A stretch of DNA of 64,000 bases from Amoebidium appalachense (lineage: Eukaryota; Protista; Ichthyosporea). A program made the position numbers and the translations under genes. The notes under the pieces were generated by a model. That model was given only the letters and a program-made list of their open reading frames with translations, was not told where the DNA came from and made no database searches. Location: the NCBI GenBank assembly GCA_963693365.1, contig CAVNZM010000013.1, positions 3,996,722 to 4,060,721 of the forward strand. The letters are read 5' to 3'. Positions 12,339 to 23,612 of this stretch are shown in pieces. Each line of letters opens with the position of its first letter. Position 1 is the stretch's first letter.

Positions 12339-15300
12339 CCCCCCCTCCACCTCTCCTCTCCCACCCCCCCCCCCCAAAAAAAAAGGAGAAGCACATACAT
12401 GCACCCATCAAGGCACACTTGCACCCCCCACCTACCCATGGCGGCCAGCTGGCGGTAGAGGGCACTGAGGGCCTCCATGCGCCTTTGCACCATTGCTGGC
12501 ACCTGCTGCACGTGCTGCCGGTGTGCCGTGTCACTCATCGTCACGGGCCGTCCCTGTGCATGCGCACGTGGTGAAATGGGTGGAGTGTACGTGCGGGGAT
12601 CGGGGTAGGTGTGGCTGTGTGTACACGCTCATGCGTGACTGTGCGAATGTGTGTGTGTGCATGTGCTCGTGTAGGGTGTAAACCTTGTATGGTGGGAGGA
12701 GAGGGGTGAGGTCAGTTGAAAGATAGCTGTCTGGAATGCATGCAAACATTAGAATGGAGGGAGCACGGAAAGCAATGTCGGGACAGGGGCTGGATAAAAG
12801 TGATTGCAAAGAACAGCGAAGGGAACCAAGGGGCTAGGTGGGCCTCTATTCATCAAACCAAGTGCAACTGTGCAAGCTACATTTATACACAGTGACATCC
12901 ACACATGCACAACTTCCCAGCAGATCTAACAAGTAAGAGTATTAGGGAGAACCAGCGAAAAAACAAACAGTGTGCCCTTGCGTGTGCAGCATGTGTCTGC
13001 ACGTGCCTTAATGAAAACATGTGCATGTGCGCCCTTGCGTGTATCTGCATGTGCCTGCATGTGCCTGTGTGCCTGTGTGCCTGTGTGCCCCTGGGTGTGC
13101 ATGCATGTGCCTGCATGTGTCTGCACGTGCCTGAATGACAAAGTGTGCATGTGCGCCCCTGTGTGTACCTGCATGTGCCTGCATGTGCCTGTGTGTGCCT
13201 GCGTGTGCCTGCATGACAACATGTGCCTGTATGTGCCTGTGTGCCTGTGTGCCCCTGCGCGTGTCTACATGTGCCTACATGTGCCTGTGTGTGCTGCATA
13301 TGCCTACATGTGCCTGCACGTGCCTGTGTGCCCCTACCGTCTGCCTGTGCACCATGTCTGGGCCGGCCAGCCACTGGGCCCAGCAGTAGGGTCGGCCGCC
13401 TGTGCTCTTGATGACGTCATCCACACTGGCCCTGGGCCGTGCATTAGGGCCGAGGCATCAAGCCAAGCACAGAAAACGTGCAATCAGAGAAACCAGCGGA
13501 ACTAGAATTGAAAGAGAGCCTGCCATAGACGCTAAAAAGGGGGTTAAGAACGGTATAGAGCACAAAGTGGGAGGGACCAGGGGCGGATGTTGGTGTAGGA
13601 AGGCACAAACCATTTAGCAAAACCCCTTCTCTGTCAGCCACACTTGCCATCACAACCCCAGCCTGCCATGAAATCCTTCCCATCCTTTCTGCTTACATCA
13701 ACCGGCTGCCTCATTCCCCGCTTAACAAGCTACCTGGCTAGCCCCTAATCACTCACTCACAAACATCCACAGACACCCAATTAGGAGAGAGACACATATG
13801 CACACCCGAGCCTGTTTGTTTATGATCTGGCTTCCCCACTCTCTCGCTCTCAGTCTCCCTCAATCCATGAATCCGCACTGATGTACACGCGCATGCACAC
13901 ACACATACACACACATGCATGAACGCACACACACACACACATGCATGCATAAAGGCACGCACACACAAATCACGCATGCACGTAAGGACACCCGCACCCG
14001 CACCCGCACCCGCACCCACACATGCGCGCACACGCATGCACACAAGGGCACACACACACACACACACACATGCACACACACAGGCCTACCCCACAGTGTC
14101 CAGGCTGTCGGCCACGACCTTTGCATCGAAGGGCAGGCGCCTGCCCCTGTCGTCGGGGTAGACCTCGTCCAGCAGCGCACTGGTGGCCCAGTGGGACGGC
14201 ACCAGGCTGGCTGCCCGGCCATCCCTCAGCGTGTCCTTGCCCCCCACCACCAGCACGTCTAGGTGCGGCAAATACTGCACGTGCAGCACCACCTGGTGCC
14301 CTGGGGAGATGGGGGGGTCAGGGGGTGCATGGCTGATGGCTCACATGCATGGGGTACATGAACAGATTGGATATAAATATCTGTACACGTGTGCATGCGT
14401 TCATGTCTGCTTGCATGCACGTGTGCATGTGTGTGCATGTGTGCATGTGCGCATGTGTGCACGTGTGCTGGTGCGCATGTGTGTGTGCATGTGTGTGTGT
14501 GCATGTGTGTGTGTGCATGTGTGAACATGTGCACCTGTGCATGTGTGCATGTGTGCATGTGTGCACGTGTGCATGTGTGTATGTATACATGTGTGCACGT
14601 GTGCATGTGTGTATGTGTGCATGTGTGCACGTGTAAATGTGTGCATGTATACATGTGTGCATGTGTGCATGTGTGCATGTATACATGTATACATGTGTGC
14701 ATGTGTGCATGTGTGCATGTATACATGTGTGCACGTGTGCATGTGTGTATGTGTGCATGTATACATGTATGCATGTGTGTATGTATACATGTGTGCATGT
14801 GTGCATGTGTGCATGTGTGCATGTGTGCATGTATAGATGTGTGCACGTGTGTATGTGTGAAATTCAATGTATACATGTCTGCACGTGTGTATGACACACC
14901 ACTGCCAGGGAGCCCAAAAAAAGCAACATGCTCTGAGCAAGCCAAGGCAAATGCTCGGCCCCACAACCTGCCCACAGGGAGACGGAACAGAGGCTCTTAA
15001 ATCACTAGGCACCATCATTTATGTAGCTGCCAACAGGGCCTGCACGTATGTGTGTGCAATGAATGGGGGGTACCTGAGGCTCTAAGGGCGATGTCGACGG
15101 ACAGAGGGAAGGGCTTGATCATATCGGCCTTTGTTGGGTTTAGCTCCTGCAGGTGGGGGTCAGCACCTTGCCCCCCAGCAAATAGCCCAGCCCCATTGGG
15201 CCACCATGCAGCAAATCAACAGGGTGGCTCGCACTGGCTCTCAACCATGCCAGGGCCACATGCCTTCCAGCAAGCCCACTGATAAGGATAGGGGTTCTTA

Positions 15301-18300
15301 GGTAGAAGGACGAGGATGCAGGCAGGTAGGTGTGCATGTGCATGCGTTCGGGTGGGTGCTTCCCTGACTGGTGTGCACAGGGGCCCATCGGCCTGTGCAT
15401 GTGTGGGTATGCATGCATGCAGACATTGCCCCCATGTGTGTGTGTGCATGTACTGTACCTGCCCTGCCTGGCTGTATGCCCTGGCGTCTGCCGCACTGCC
15501 CTGGATGCTGACCGTGGCTGCTAGGTCTGTGACGGCCCAGTGTGAGACAGGCACCAGCAACACCACAGTGAGCAGCCAGCCATGTGTGGGTGTGCATGTA
15601 TGTATACATGTGCATTTGTGTGTGGCTGTATAGGTTATGTGCACACGCGCAAATTTGTGCGTGTCAGGTATGTCTGTGTATCTGTGTGTTCGCGTGTTTG
15701 GGTGCTTGTGCGTTTGTGCACGGCTTCGCGTGCGAGTGTGCATGTGTGCATGTATACGTGTGTGCATGCAAGTGTGCGTGCGTGCGTGCACACGAGCGTG
15801 TGTGGGTGTGCGTGTGCGTGTGCGCGTGTGTATGCGTGTGCGTGTGGGGGGGTGGGTGGGTGGGTGGGTATAGGTGGATATGGGTGTGTGTGGGTGTGTG
15901 TGGGTGTTTGCCCCATGTTGAGTGCATTTAGTGTGTGGCCACCAAGATCACCCTAAGGGTTAGGCTATGCCCCAGTGAACCATGGCACGGTTGCAGCCCA
16001 CCTGTCTACACTCCCTGCCACCATCCACACAGCCCACCCAGTATGCCCCATCATGACCCACCGTGTGCGCGGATGCATGCGGCCAGGTGGGTGTAGGTGC
16101 TGTACAGGTGGTCGGGCAGCAGCCCCACAAGGTCCTCACTGCCCCCTGCCCCCTGCATTGCCTCCGTGCACACCTGCACACGGCAACAGTGAATTGGTGT
16201 GTGTGCATACTCCTGCAAAGCAGTGTGTGTGTGCATGCTCCTACAAAGCAGTGTGTGTGTGCATGCTCGTACAAAGCAGTGTGTGTGTGCATGCTCGTAC
16301 AAAGCAGTGTGTGTGTGCATGCTCCTGCAAAGCAGTGTGTGTGTGCATGCTCGTACAAAGCAGTGTGTGTGTGCATGCTCGTACAAAGCAGTGTGTGTGT
16401 GCATGCTCGTACAAAGCAGTGTGTGTGTGCATGCTCCTACAAAGCAGTGTGTGTGTGCATGCTCGTACAAAGCAGTGTGTGTGTGCATGCTCGTACAAAG
16501 CAGTGTGTGTGTGCATGCTCCTGCACAGCAGTGTGTGTGTGCATGCTCGTACAAAGCAGTGTGTGTGTGCATGCTCGTACAAAGCAGTGTGTGTGTGCAT
16601 GCTCGTACAAAGCAGTGTGTGTGTGCATGCTCGTACAAAGCAGTGTGTGTGTGCATGCTCGTACAAAGCAGTGTGTGTGTGCATGCTCGTACAAAGCAGT
16701 GTGTGTGTGCATGCTCGTACAAAGCAGTGTGTGTGTGCATGCTCGTACAAAGCAGTGTGTGTGTGCATGCTCGTACAAAGCAGTGTGTGTGTGCATGCTC
16801 GTACAAAGCAGTGTGTGTGTGCATGCTCGTACAAAGCAGTGTGTGTGTGTATGCTCCTACAAAGCAGTGTGTGTGTGCATGCTCCTACAAAGCAGTGTGT
16901 GTGTGCATGCTCCTACAAAGCAGTGTGTGTGTGCATGCTCCTGCAAAGCAGTGTGTGTGTGCATGCTCCTGCAAAGCAGTGTGTGTGTGCATGCTCCTGC
17001 AAAGCAGTGTGTGTGTGCATGCTCCTGCAAAGCAGTGTGTGTGTGCATGCTCCTACAAAGCAGTGTGTGTGTGCATGCTCCTACAAAGCAGTGTGTGTGT
17101 GCATGCTCCTACAAAGCAGTGTGTGTGTGCATGCTCCTACAAAGCAGTGTGTGTGTGCATGCTCCTACAAAGCAGTGTGTGTGCATGCTCCTACAAAGTA
17201 GTGTGTGTGTGCATGCTCCTACAAAGCAGTGTGTGTGTGCATGCTCCTACAAAGCAGTGTGTGTGTGCATGCTCCTACAAAGCAGTGTGTGTGTGCATGC
17301 TCGTACAAAGCAGTGTGTGGGTTAGGGTTTTGTGCTGCATGTGTGCCGTGCATGTGTATGCTGCATGTGTGCTGCATGTGTGCCGTGCATGTGTATGCTG
17401 CATGTGTGCTGCATGTGTGCCGTGCATGTGTCCTTCAGGGGGGCACGTACGGCCAGCAGGCTGTCGACCTTCGGCTCCAGGCCGGCCAGGGTCTTTGCCT
17501 TGCTGTCGCTGATGGCCACAATCACATCCAGCCGCCGCGACAGCTCCTCCGCCCGGTGCATCAGCCTAAAAGGACAGGTGGCATGTTACTGATCACCACA
17601 CCCCAACCGTGAAATCAGCTGCTACACAGCCCAACGCTCCAATCAGCCGCTACACAGCCCAATCCTCCAATCAGCTGCTACACAGCCCAACCCTCCAATC
17701 AGCTGCTACACATCCCAACCCTCCAATCAGCTGCTACCACGGCACTACCGCTGCCTGCATACAGCAGGCCATAGCCCGTGAAAACCAATCAGGCCAGTCC
17801 AGAAAAAGCACAGTCGCAACTTGGGGGGTGCATGCTGCATGGCTAGCAGGGAGAGGGGGTGGACACGAAGAGGGAATTGAGGCCTCTAACATGGGATAAA
17901 AAGATGGACACCTTTAACATGGGATAGAAAAATGGGCACCTTTAACATGGGATAGAAAAATGGGCACCGTTAACATGGAATAGAAAGTAGGGCACCTTTA
18001 ACATGGGATAAAAAGATGGGCACCTTCTTACAGGAGAAAAAGGAACCCGCTGCTAACAGGGGCCAGCATGCACTAGAGGGCAGCAGCAAGCAGGCAAGGG
18101 CCCCTACTCTCTCCTCTGGCTGGTCTCGTGCTCCAGCCGTTTGAGCATGAGCTCGTGAGGGTTGCTGGTGACGTCATCCATGGGCACACCCCTCTGCTGC
18201 ATGTCCCTCAGGAAGTCCTCCTCTGGCGGCATATGCGCTAGCAGCGCCCTGTGCTCGTTGGTGCTGGGAGGGTAGGGCGTTGGTGGCCATACTGGCACAG

Positions 18301-18740
18301 GGGGGGTTGGTGGGCACATGGGCTGCAACCGGTGCACGAAAAGGGAGGGGGGGGGGGGAGGTCTTGTTTACGTGAAGCACGCTTACGCATGTGTGGCAGG
18401 GTTGTGCACGGATGTAATTCAGGACTAGTGCGCTGCTATCTACATGCCCCGACCACAGGGAGCAGGGGCATGGGCACACACCCAGACCACACCCTGTGCC
18501 CTGCTCACTGCAGCCCTTATGTCCTGCCCTGCTGTCCATGTGCCTGCCATGCATCTCCAGCCTCAGTCTGTCAGAGCATCGGCAGCCACCTCTCTGTCTC
18601 ACCCATTCCCCCCCCCCCCACTACAACATCAGACCACTACACGTACCCGTCCTCCCTCTCTGCTCTTATCAGGGCCTGGATGTAGTGTTTAAGGTACAGC
18701 TTGTCTTGGTACGTCAGTGTGGTCAGGTCCGCATGCTCCC
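5887..18740 (-). CDS. THOC5: THO complex subunit 5 (THOC5/FMIP), 5'-incomplete. Exons: ~18740-18647, 18263-18108, 17565-17451, 16173-16062, 15526-15459, 15146-15074, 14300-14090, 13431-13353, 12553-12436, 11404-11301, 10440-10406, 9494-9374, 8623-8531, 7258-7176, 5953-5887
   Basis: Fourteen GT-AG introns with consistent phases. Peptides match remembered THOC5 blocks in order: DLTTLTYQDKLYLKHYIQALI, PHELMLKRLEHETSQRRE, LLPDHLYSTY, VSIQGSAADARAY, PFPLSVDI, LLDEVYPDDRG, RPYCWAQWLAG, IPIDYP-like VPIDYPNRLPEYSL, MEHEVN, LTLQMRRLQEVFDAY and C-terminal KGRDRRMP. The N-terminal region and start codon were not found. Confidence 0.85.
6441..6720 (+). repeat. Interspersed repeat, subfamily A. Near-identical second copy at 6891-7137; diverged or partial copies at ~10965-11185, 42402-42506, 54932-55033
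   Basis: TTTGAATGCGGAACACAGTACGAAGTACGCAT...AGCAGAGCCCATCCTCAGGG... is seen repeatedly, each copy directly after a G-run. Confidence 0.85.
7665..8130. repeat. 31-bp intronic minisatellite (~15 copies)
   Basis: Unit ATGATTGTATTCACGTGTCCAGGGCATGTGT with variants. Confidence 0.9.
9025..9380. repeat. ~36-38 bp minisatellite that duplicates a THOC5 5' splice site
   Basis: Unit GCCTATGTGTGTGCATGGGAGGCAACCTACCCTGA. On the minus strand it contains TCAGG|GTAGGT, the donor at 9374/9373. Confidence 0.85.
16196..17318. repeat. 28-bp intronic satellite (~40 copies)
   Basis: Unit AAAGCAGTGTGTGTGTGCATGCTC(G/C)T(A/G)C. It accounts for the long spurious Cys-rich ORFs. Confidence 0.95.
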
Positions 18741-18908
18741 GTCCAGGCCCAAAACAAAAGCGAAAAAAGCGCCATAAAAAAGCGAGACACAGACAGAGAC
18801 CAAGAAGAGACACACAAAACGGACAACGGTACAGGACGGCATGGAGGACCAGATATTATATTTGGTACCCACACAAAGTAACAGACACACACAGACAGGC
18901 ACGGTCAT
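18723..18908 (-). CDS. Short hydrophobic ORF at the left junction, possibly a truncated viral membrane protein running into the THOC5 exon
   Basis: MTVPVC...VVRFVCLFLVSVCVSLFYGAFFAFVLG lies downstream of the CCAAT array and a TTTTAAGA motif. It could instead be a pyrimidine-rich intron end. Confidence 0.3.
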   Translation of the reverse strand: MTVPVCVCLLLCVGTKYNIWSSMPSCTVVRFVCLFLVSVCVSLFYGAFFAFVLGLDGSMRT

Positions 18909-19022
18909 TTTCGACGAACACTCAACCGATCTTAAAACCAAACGAACCCCAGAAAAGGTGTGGTTTCAATGTGGGGCCCGGTGAGGTAGGTGTTCCTTGT
19001 GCAAACATCCACGACGTAGAAG

Positions 19023-19302
19023 ATCCCGAATTTTGAGTCGCCGTTTTGAATGATTGGGTGTAAGGTGAGTCGCCGTTGATTGGGCGTAAGATGAGACACG
19101 CCTAATTTTGAGTCGCCGTTTTGAATGATTGGGCGTAAGGTGAGTCGCCGTTTTGAATGATTGGGCGTAAGGTGAGTCGCCGTTTTGAATGATTGGGCGT
19201 AAGGTGAGCCGCCGTTGATTGGGCGTAAGATGAGACACGCCTAATTTTGAGTCGCCGTTTTGAATCATCCCGAATTTTGAGTCGCCGTTGTTGATTGGGC
19301 GC
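19023..19302. repeat. ~32-bp tandem array with a CCAAT box in most units (candidate divergent enhancer/promoter)
   Basis: Unit GAGTCGCCGTTTTGAATGATTGGGCGTAAGGT with shorter variants; GATTGG reads CCAATC on the minus strand. Confidence 0.85.
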
Positions 19303-19344
19303 AAATCATTATCAAATTTGATGCGAATTGAAGATGTAAACACT

Positions 19345-19520
19345 ACAATCCAATTCGTCGTTTTTTTTCATTGGTTCCTGATAAAGTGAGCTCATACCAC
19401 ACACTAGGAATTCATGCGGATGGAGAGCAGCGATTGGTTACATCAGCACACATAACGCCATCATACACCAATCATTTGCATTTGCTTATACGCATCTGAA
19501 TCAAATGGTATAAAGAGGAA
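19345..19520 (+). promoter_or_regulatory. CCAAT cluster + TATA box upstream of ORF 19592
   Basis: CCAAT/ATTGG at about 19350, 19370, 19433 and 19468; GGTATAAAG at about 19507. Confidence 0.55.
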
Positions 19521-19591
19521 CGACGCATACCCAATGCTTCATTATTCATCCATTCGACTACCAGAATACGTTTCTAGTTTTGCGAATCACG

Positions 19592-20146
19592 ATGTCGAAC
19601 TCCGGTTTCCGGAGTTTCTATGGTCTGCCCGCCACGCTTCCTGCGGAGCACAGAACAAGCTACATCAAGTGTATCACAGACGAAGTAAAGTCTTATTATG
19701 GGTCGTTCGACGACAACCCGGACTTGGTTGTCGTGTCGTCGGCCATCGACGGGGCGGATGTCGATATGCTGAATAGCCATGCCGCTTTCTGCAAGGAGTG
19801 TGTCCAAGCCCTGATATCAGAGGTAGATTTCAGTCTACTGCGTCCAATGCGACACGTCCTGATGAGATTTTTATTGCGGAAGGAGGACGCCTCGCTTGTG
19901 TCACAACTCGCCCGACTTGTCTCGGTTGTCTCCGTGGTGGGTCTTATCACGGTTCCATACATGCAAGACGCCAATCACGCCAATGGCATCTTCCAAATCG
20001 CCGACAAGTGTTGTACTTTGAATACCCCGAAGGTGCGCACAATCGCGGAATTGGCGAGACTCCCTCACGACGAACCCACACACGAGACAAAAAAACACAC
20101 CGCTAACACTCCGACCACCCCACATCCCACTACCATCACCGCTTGA
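19592..20146 (+). CDS. Hypothetical protein (viral ORFan, ~184 aa)
   Basis: Intron-less, non-repetitive ORF (MSNSGFRSFYGLP...) behind CCAAT/TATA; no family recognised. Confidence 0.65.
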   Translation: MSNSGFRSFYGLPATLPAEHRTSYIKCITDEVKSYYGSFDDNPDLVVVSSAIDGADVDMLNSHAAFCKECVQALISEVDFSLLRPMRHVLMRFLLRKEDASLVSQLARLVSVVSVVGLITVPYMQDANHANGIFQIADKCCTLNTPKVRTIAELARLPHDEPTHETKKHTANTPTTPHPTTITA

Positions 20147-20720
20147 CAGAGATCAAGGCACAGCCCACATACGTCTGGTGAACGCAATCGACGAGTTTGG
20201 AGGTCACCCACTTCATCTGCATATAGCATTCCCGCCGCCCTTTACAGACGCTCACATTGCGGGGGACGTGGATTGCACCCCATCGCCCCGAATTGGCCGT
20301 ATCACCAGCACCCCTTATTGCACTTGGAGTGCCTAGTTGGATGTCACTCGTATGCATGCGTCTATTAACCATTATGAGAAAGCGGAAGTAGTAGTCTTCC
20401 CCTTGGGGAACATTGTTTTGGGTTTTGATGTTAGATTTCTTTCCGGGTTTGACTGTGTAGGTTTCGCCGGTTGTTTTGCGCGTCCGACATGGCTCGGACT
20501 TGGCATATTCAAGGTTGGACGATTGGAGTAGGTACATGGGTATGTCTTGACCGTATGATTGGGGGTTCTTTGCCATCGCCCGCATCTCGCGTGGCAACAA
20601 TTCAATAAAGCTTGCTGGGCAAGGCATCTGCGGCGGCCACAACATGGCTGCATGTCCGTGAACAGAGTATACCCAGAGCGATCCACATGCGTGTACGCAC
20701 ACCCCCTGCTTGTGGCACAA
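20136..20720 (-). CDS. Hypothetical protein (ORFan; true start probably a downstream Met)
   Basis: 194-codon non-repetitive ORF convergent with and slightly overlapping ORF 19592-20146; it fills the gap between neighbours. Confidence 0.5.
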   Translation of the reverse strand: MCHKQGVCVHACGSLWVYSVHGHAAMLWPPQMPCPASFIELLPREMRAMAKNPQSYGQDIPMYLLQSSNLEYAKSEPCRTRKTTGETYTVKPGKKSNIKTQNNVPQGEDYYFRFLIMVNRRMHTSDIQLGTPSAIRGAGDTANSGRWGAIHVPRNVSVCKGRRECYMQMKWVTSKLVDCVHQTYVGCALISVKR

Positions 20721-20856
20721 TAAAATGCCCAGGTCTTGTTAGCCCCCACACGATATGCACATCCTTCATTCAGGTCGATACGTTAGCAAGCAACTGGCTC
20801 TGCTGAGCGAACCAACTGATTGGCCGCCCGATCTGGCAGACACCCAACAGACTGGC

Positions 20857-21351
20857 ATGGCACTGCCATGGCAGAGGGATGACCCATTCGTGTGCACCCG
20901 CGTTGGGGATCTGCGTATGTATTGGAAGGCTTTGCCGGATCACAACGTCGTCACGTTCACCGACGACAGGGCCGATGCCTCAGAATTTGTCTTCATACAT
21001 TCACAGACCGGAGCCACGACCGCCGCGAAACACACACTACCGAGGCCAAGCCTCGCTAACGTAAGAATCAACACGCGTACACCTAACCACACAAATTGGT
21101 CACCCGCTTCGCTACCCACTGCCCGTATCGAACTGGGAGTGGCCGCTTCGCTTGGCTTGGGCGGTTTACCAATCATCCCAATGCCCTCGTGGTTTGTCTA
21201 CACGGACAACCTCGGCGTCCAATATGGATTTCGGGGTGTCAATGTTGCGATATGCATCGCGCGGTTCTGGCGCTTCAGGCTCTGTCTTGACATGTTCCCG
21301 TTCCCTGCCATAACGTTGTTTCTTGCCGTCTTGGACCTCCGCGGCGCCTAG
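20857..21351 (+). CDS. Hypothetical protein (ORFan)
   Basis: MALPWQRDDPFVC... The frame is open from 20755 and tiles head-to-tail with the next ORF. Confidence 0.55.
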   Translation: MALPWQRDDPFVCTRVGDLRMYWKALPDHNVVTFTDDRADASEFVFIHSQTGATTAAKHTLPRPSLANVRINTRTPNHTNWSPASLPTARIELGVAASLGLGGLPIIPMPSWFVYTDNLGVQYGFRGVNVAICIARFWRFRLCLDMFPFPAITLFLAVLDLRGA

Positions 21352-21359
21352 AATTTTAT

Positions 21360-21728
21360 ATGCTACAAGCAATGCTCAACAACCTCTACGCCGTCGTCGC
21401 CCTTGCCGTCGGGTCGTTCGCTGCCCCACAGTGCATATACCAAAGCACCGGCCCCGCGTCCAGTCTCGCAGCCACCGAGGCCGTCGCTGAAACCGCACCT
21501 GCGGTCTGGCCCCCCGGCATCCCCGCGCCGACAGACGATGAGGTCCCACTCGACTTCCCCGCCAGTGGCTCCGGGTCACAGATTTCCTCCGATGATGACG
21601 TCACCCCGTCCCCAGCCACCCCCACCACTACCCCCGAGACTTTGGTGTGGCCACCCAGCATGACGCCCGCACCTTCTGCCCCGGGACCCAAGGCCCGTTG
21701 GCAGTGCAACTGCACAGTCATGGACTGA
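21360..21728 (+). CDS. Small secreted/membrane-anchored Pro/Thr/Ser-rich protein
   Basis: Hydrophobic N-terminus LYAVVALAVGSFAA, mucin-like body, two VWPP motifs and a terminal WQCNC. Confidence 0.6.
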   Translation: MLQAMLNNLYAVVALAVGSFAAPQCIYQSTGPASSLAATEAVAETAPAVWPPGIPAPTDDEVPLDFPASGSGSQISSDDDVTPSPATPTTTPETLVWPPSMTPAPSAPGPKARWQCNCTVMD

Positions 21729-21753
21729 GCTTTTATGCTCACCCACCTGTAGG

Positions 21754-23112
21754 ATGTCGAAGGCGCGCTCCCGTATTCTCGACGACATGGCTTCACACAT
21801 CGACTTCTCCGCTGCCATGGCACGACGTGCCTTTCCCCACGGACCCGCACTTCCAACCCCGTCCCGCACATCAGTGGTAGGCGATGCATCCGCCCGGAGC
21901 TCACCCGCCCCGACCCAAGCGTCCCAGGCTCCCTGGCGATACCACTTTGTCAGCGGCGACACACATGGTGGCCCGCTGAAGATAGAGTTTTCCGCTCCCC
22001 GCTCGGTCCACGGTGTTCGCGTCGAGGGCGCACGGGTGCATTCCGTGTACGACGTGTCAGAGGGCTCCAACAGATTGGTGCTGGGGCTGTCGTTCCTCGA
22101 CTCGCCAGATGGCCGCCACCCGGGCTCGTGGACACGTTCGACTGGAGACATCTACCTGCCGGTCGGGCACTATACAATCGGCGCCCTGTGCGCTGAATTG
22201 GAGGCCCGTCTAGATCAGGCCATCGCCGATTGCTACAAGCCCTCGTATAACATCGATGACATCGCAGACCTCCTCGACGTGTTCCCGGATGCAGTCCCGT
22301 ACTACGCAAAGGTCACACACACGGCCGTCATCAAGGCCGCCGCCGAGCGCAATGGCGAGGCATGGACCCGCCAAGAAGACTTCCTCGCAAAGGACAGGTG
22401 GGCGCCGCGCACTTCGGGCCCCGCCGATCACCTGGCCCACGAGGTGCTGCAGCTGGCGCAGATACACTATCGGGAGAACCCTTGGGCATGGCGAGAGCTG
22501 GCAAACGAGCGTGACCCCCACAACCGCTTCAAGTGGCCGTTCCACCACACGCTCTACTCGTTTATGTCCCCGTCGCAGCTGGCGATTCCCGATCGCCTGG
22601 TCATCAGCATCCACCACCACAAGACACTCACACCCGACGTCGTCAAGCACTGGGCCCCATATGCAACTGTCCCTACGTTCACCCTCGATGTCCCACGCGG
22701 CCTTGCGCGCGTCCTGGGTTTCGAGGTCGGCGGCCACGTCAGTCACAGCCTCACCAGCGGGTTGCCCCCGCTTGCAAGGTACTTCGACGGCCGCGACCAC
22801 GCCCCCGTGGCCGAAGGCGACCAATAGCTTCCCTGCGCCGCAGACAACATCCAGTGCATCGTCGGGTCCACGCCTCCCCTGGCGCCTCGGGGCGCGCTGC
22901 TGGTCACGGTCATGCACGGCGAGACAAGCCTGCAGGGCCGCATCGTGTCCGCGGGTGTCCACGGCGCCGCCTGCGGCATCAGCGAAGACCTACAGGCGTC
23001 GCCGCAGCTCGCCACGTCGCTCGAGCACGTCGAGGGGCTGCGCGTGGCCGTCGTGGATGAGATGGGGTACAGGGTCGGCGGTCGCTTCACCGTCCTAGTT
23101 GGGATCAAATAG
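21754..23112 (+). CDS. Penton/minor capsid-like single jelly-roll protein, interrupted by an in-frame TAG at 22825-22827
   Basis: The series LKIEFSAPRSVHGVRVEGARVHSVYDVSEGSNRL...IYLPVGHYTIGALCAELEARL...LARVLGF...[TAG]...LEHVEGLRVAVVDEMGYRV..FTVLVGIK follows the pattern typical of varidnavirus-type pentons (YNI..NN, I.IP.GNY...L...L, LLGF, I.l.D..G). The frame continues 94 codons after the TAG. Recognised by eye. Confidence 0.6.
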
Positions 23113-23158
23113 CCGCTCGCGGTCTTGGGGTTGGACGTAATGCTGGCGTCTCACAGTG

Positions 23159-23566
23159 ATGTATCTGGTACTGGTTGTGTGTGTCCTATGCGCGCTGACG
23201 TTTGCTGCAATCGCGGCTCGGCACCAGGCGGCGTCGGTGTGGCGGTCGGTGCGTGCGGCCATGGAAGGTCGTTCACTGCCCGACCCTGGACCCTACGCGG
23301 GCTGCGACGCAATCGCGTGCGGACAGGCGCTGTACGACAAGTACCTCGCCGAGGGCTTCGACGCTGACAGGGAGACCGTTCCGGACTGCCGCAGCTGTCC
23401 CCGGGTCCACATATCGAAGAACAACGGGCTCCGCTACTGGGACGTCAACAAGGGCGAGTGGTTCTCACAGACGCTTCCATATCAGGCCTTCGCCGCGAAC
23501 TTGCGTGGCAGGTGCGCCTGGACTGCCCGCGTGGCATCCGCGCTGCGCCGCGAGCCGCTCAAATAA
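23159..23566 (+). CDS. Small membrane-anchored Cys-containing protein
   Basis: N-terminal hydrophobic MYLVLVVCVLCALTFAAIAA, CDAIAC and CRSC motifs; the stop sits inside AATAAA. Confidence 0.65.
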   Translation: MYLVLVVCVLCALTFAAIAARHQAASVWRSVRAAMEGRSLPDPGPYAGCDAIACGQALYDKYLAEGFDADRETVPDCRSCPRVHISKNNGLRYWDVNKGEWFSQTLPYQAFAANLRGRCAWTARVASALRREPLK

Positions 23567-23612
23567 AGCTTGCCAAACAGGACTGTGTGCGATTTTCATG
23601 TGGGTCTACCAA

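Noticed and set aside
15975-17512. 400+ aa Cys-rich ORFs (and all CVCV/HTHT/poly-G/poly-P ORFs in the window)
   Set aside because: They are translations of satellites and microsatellites inside introns.
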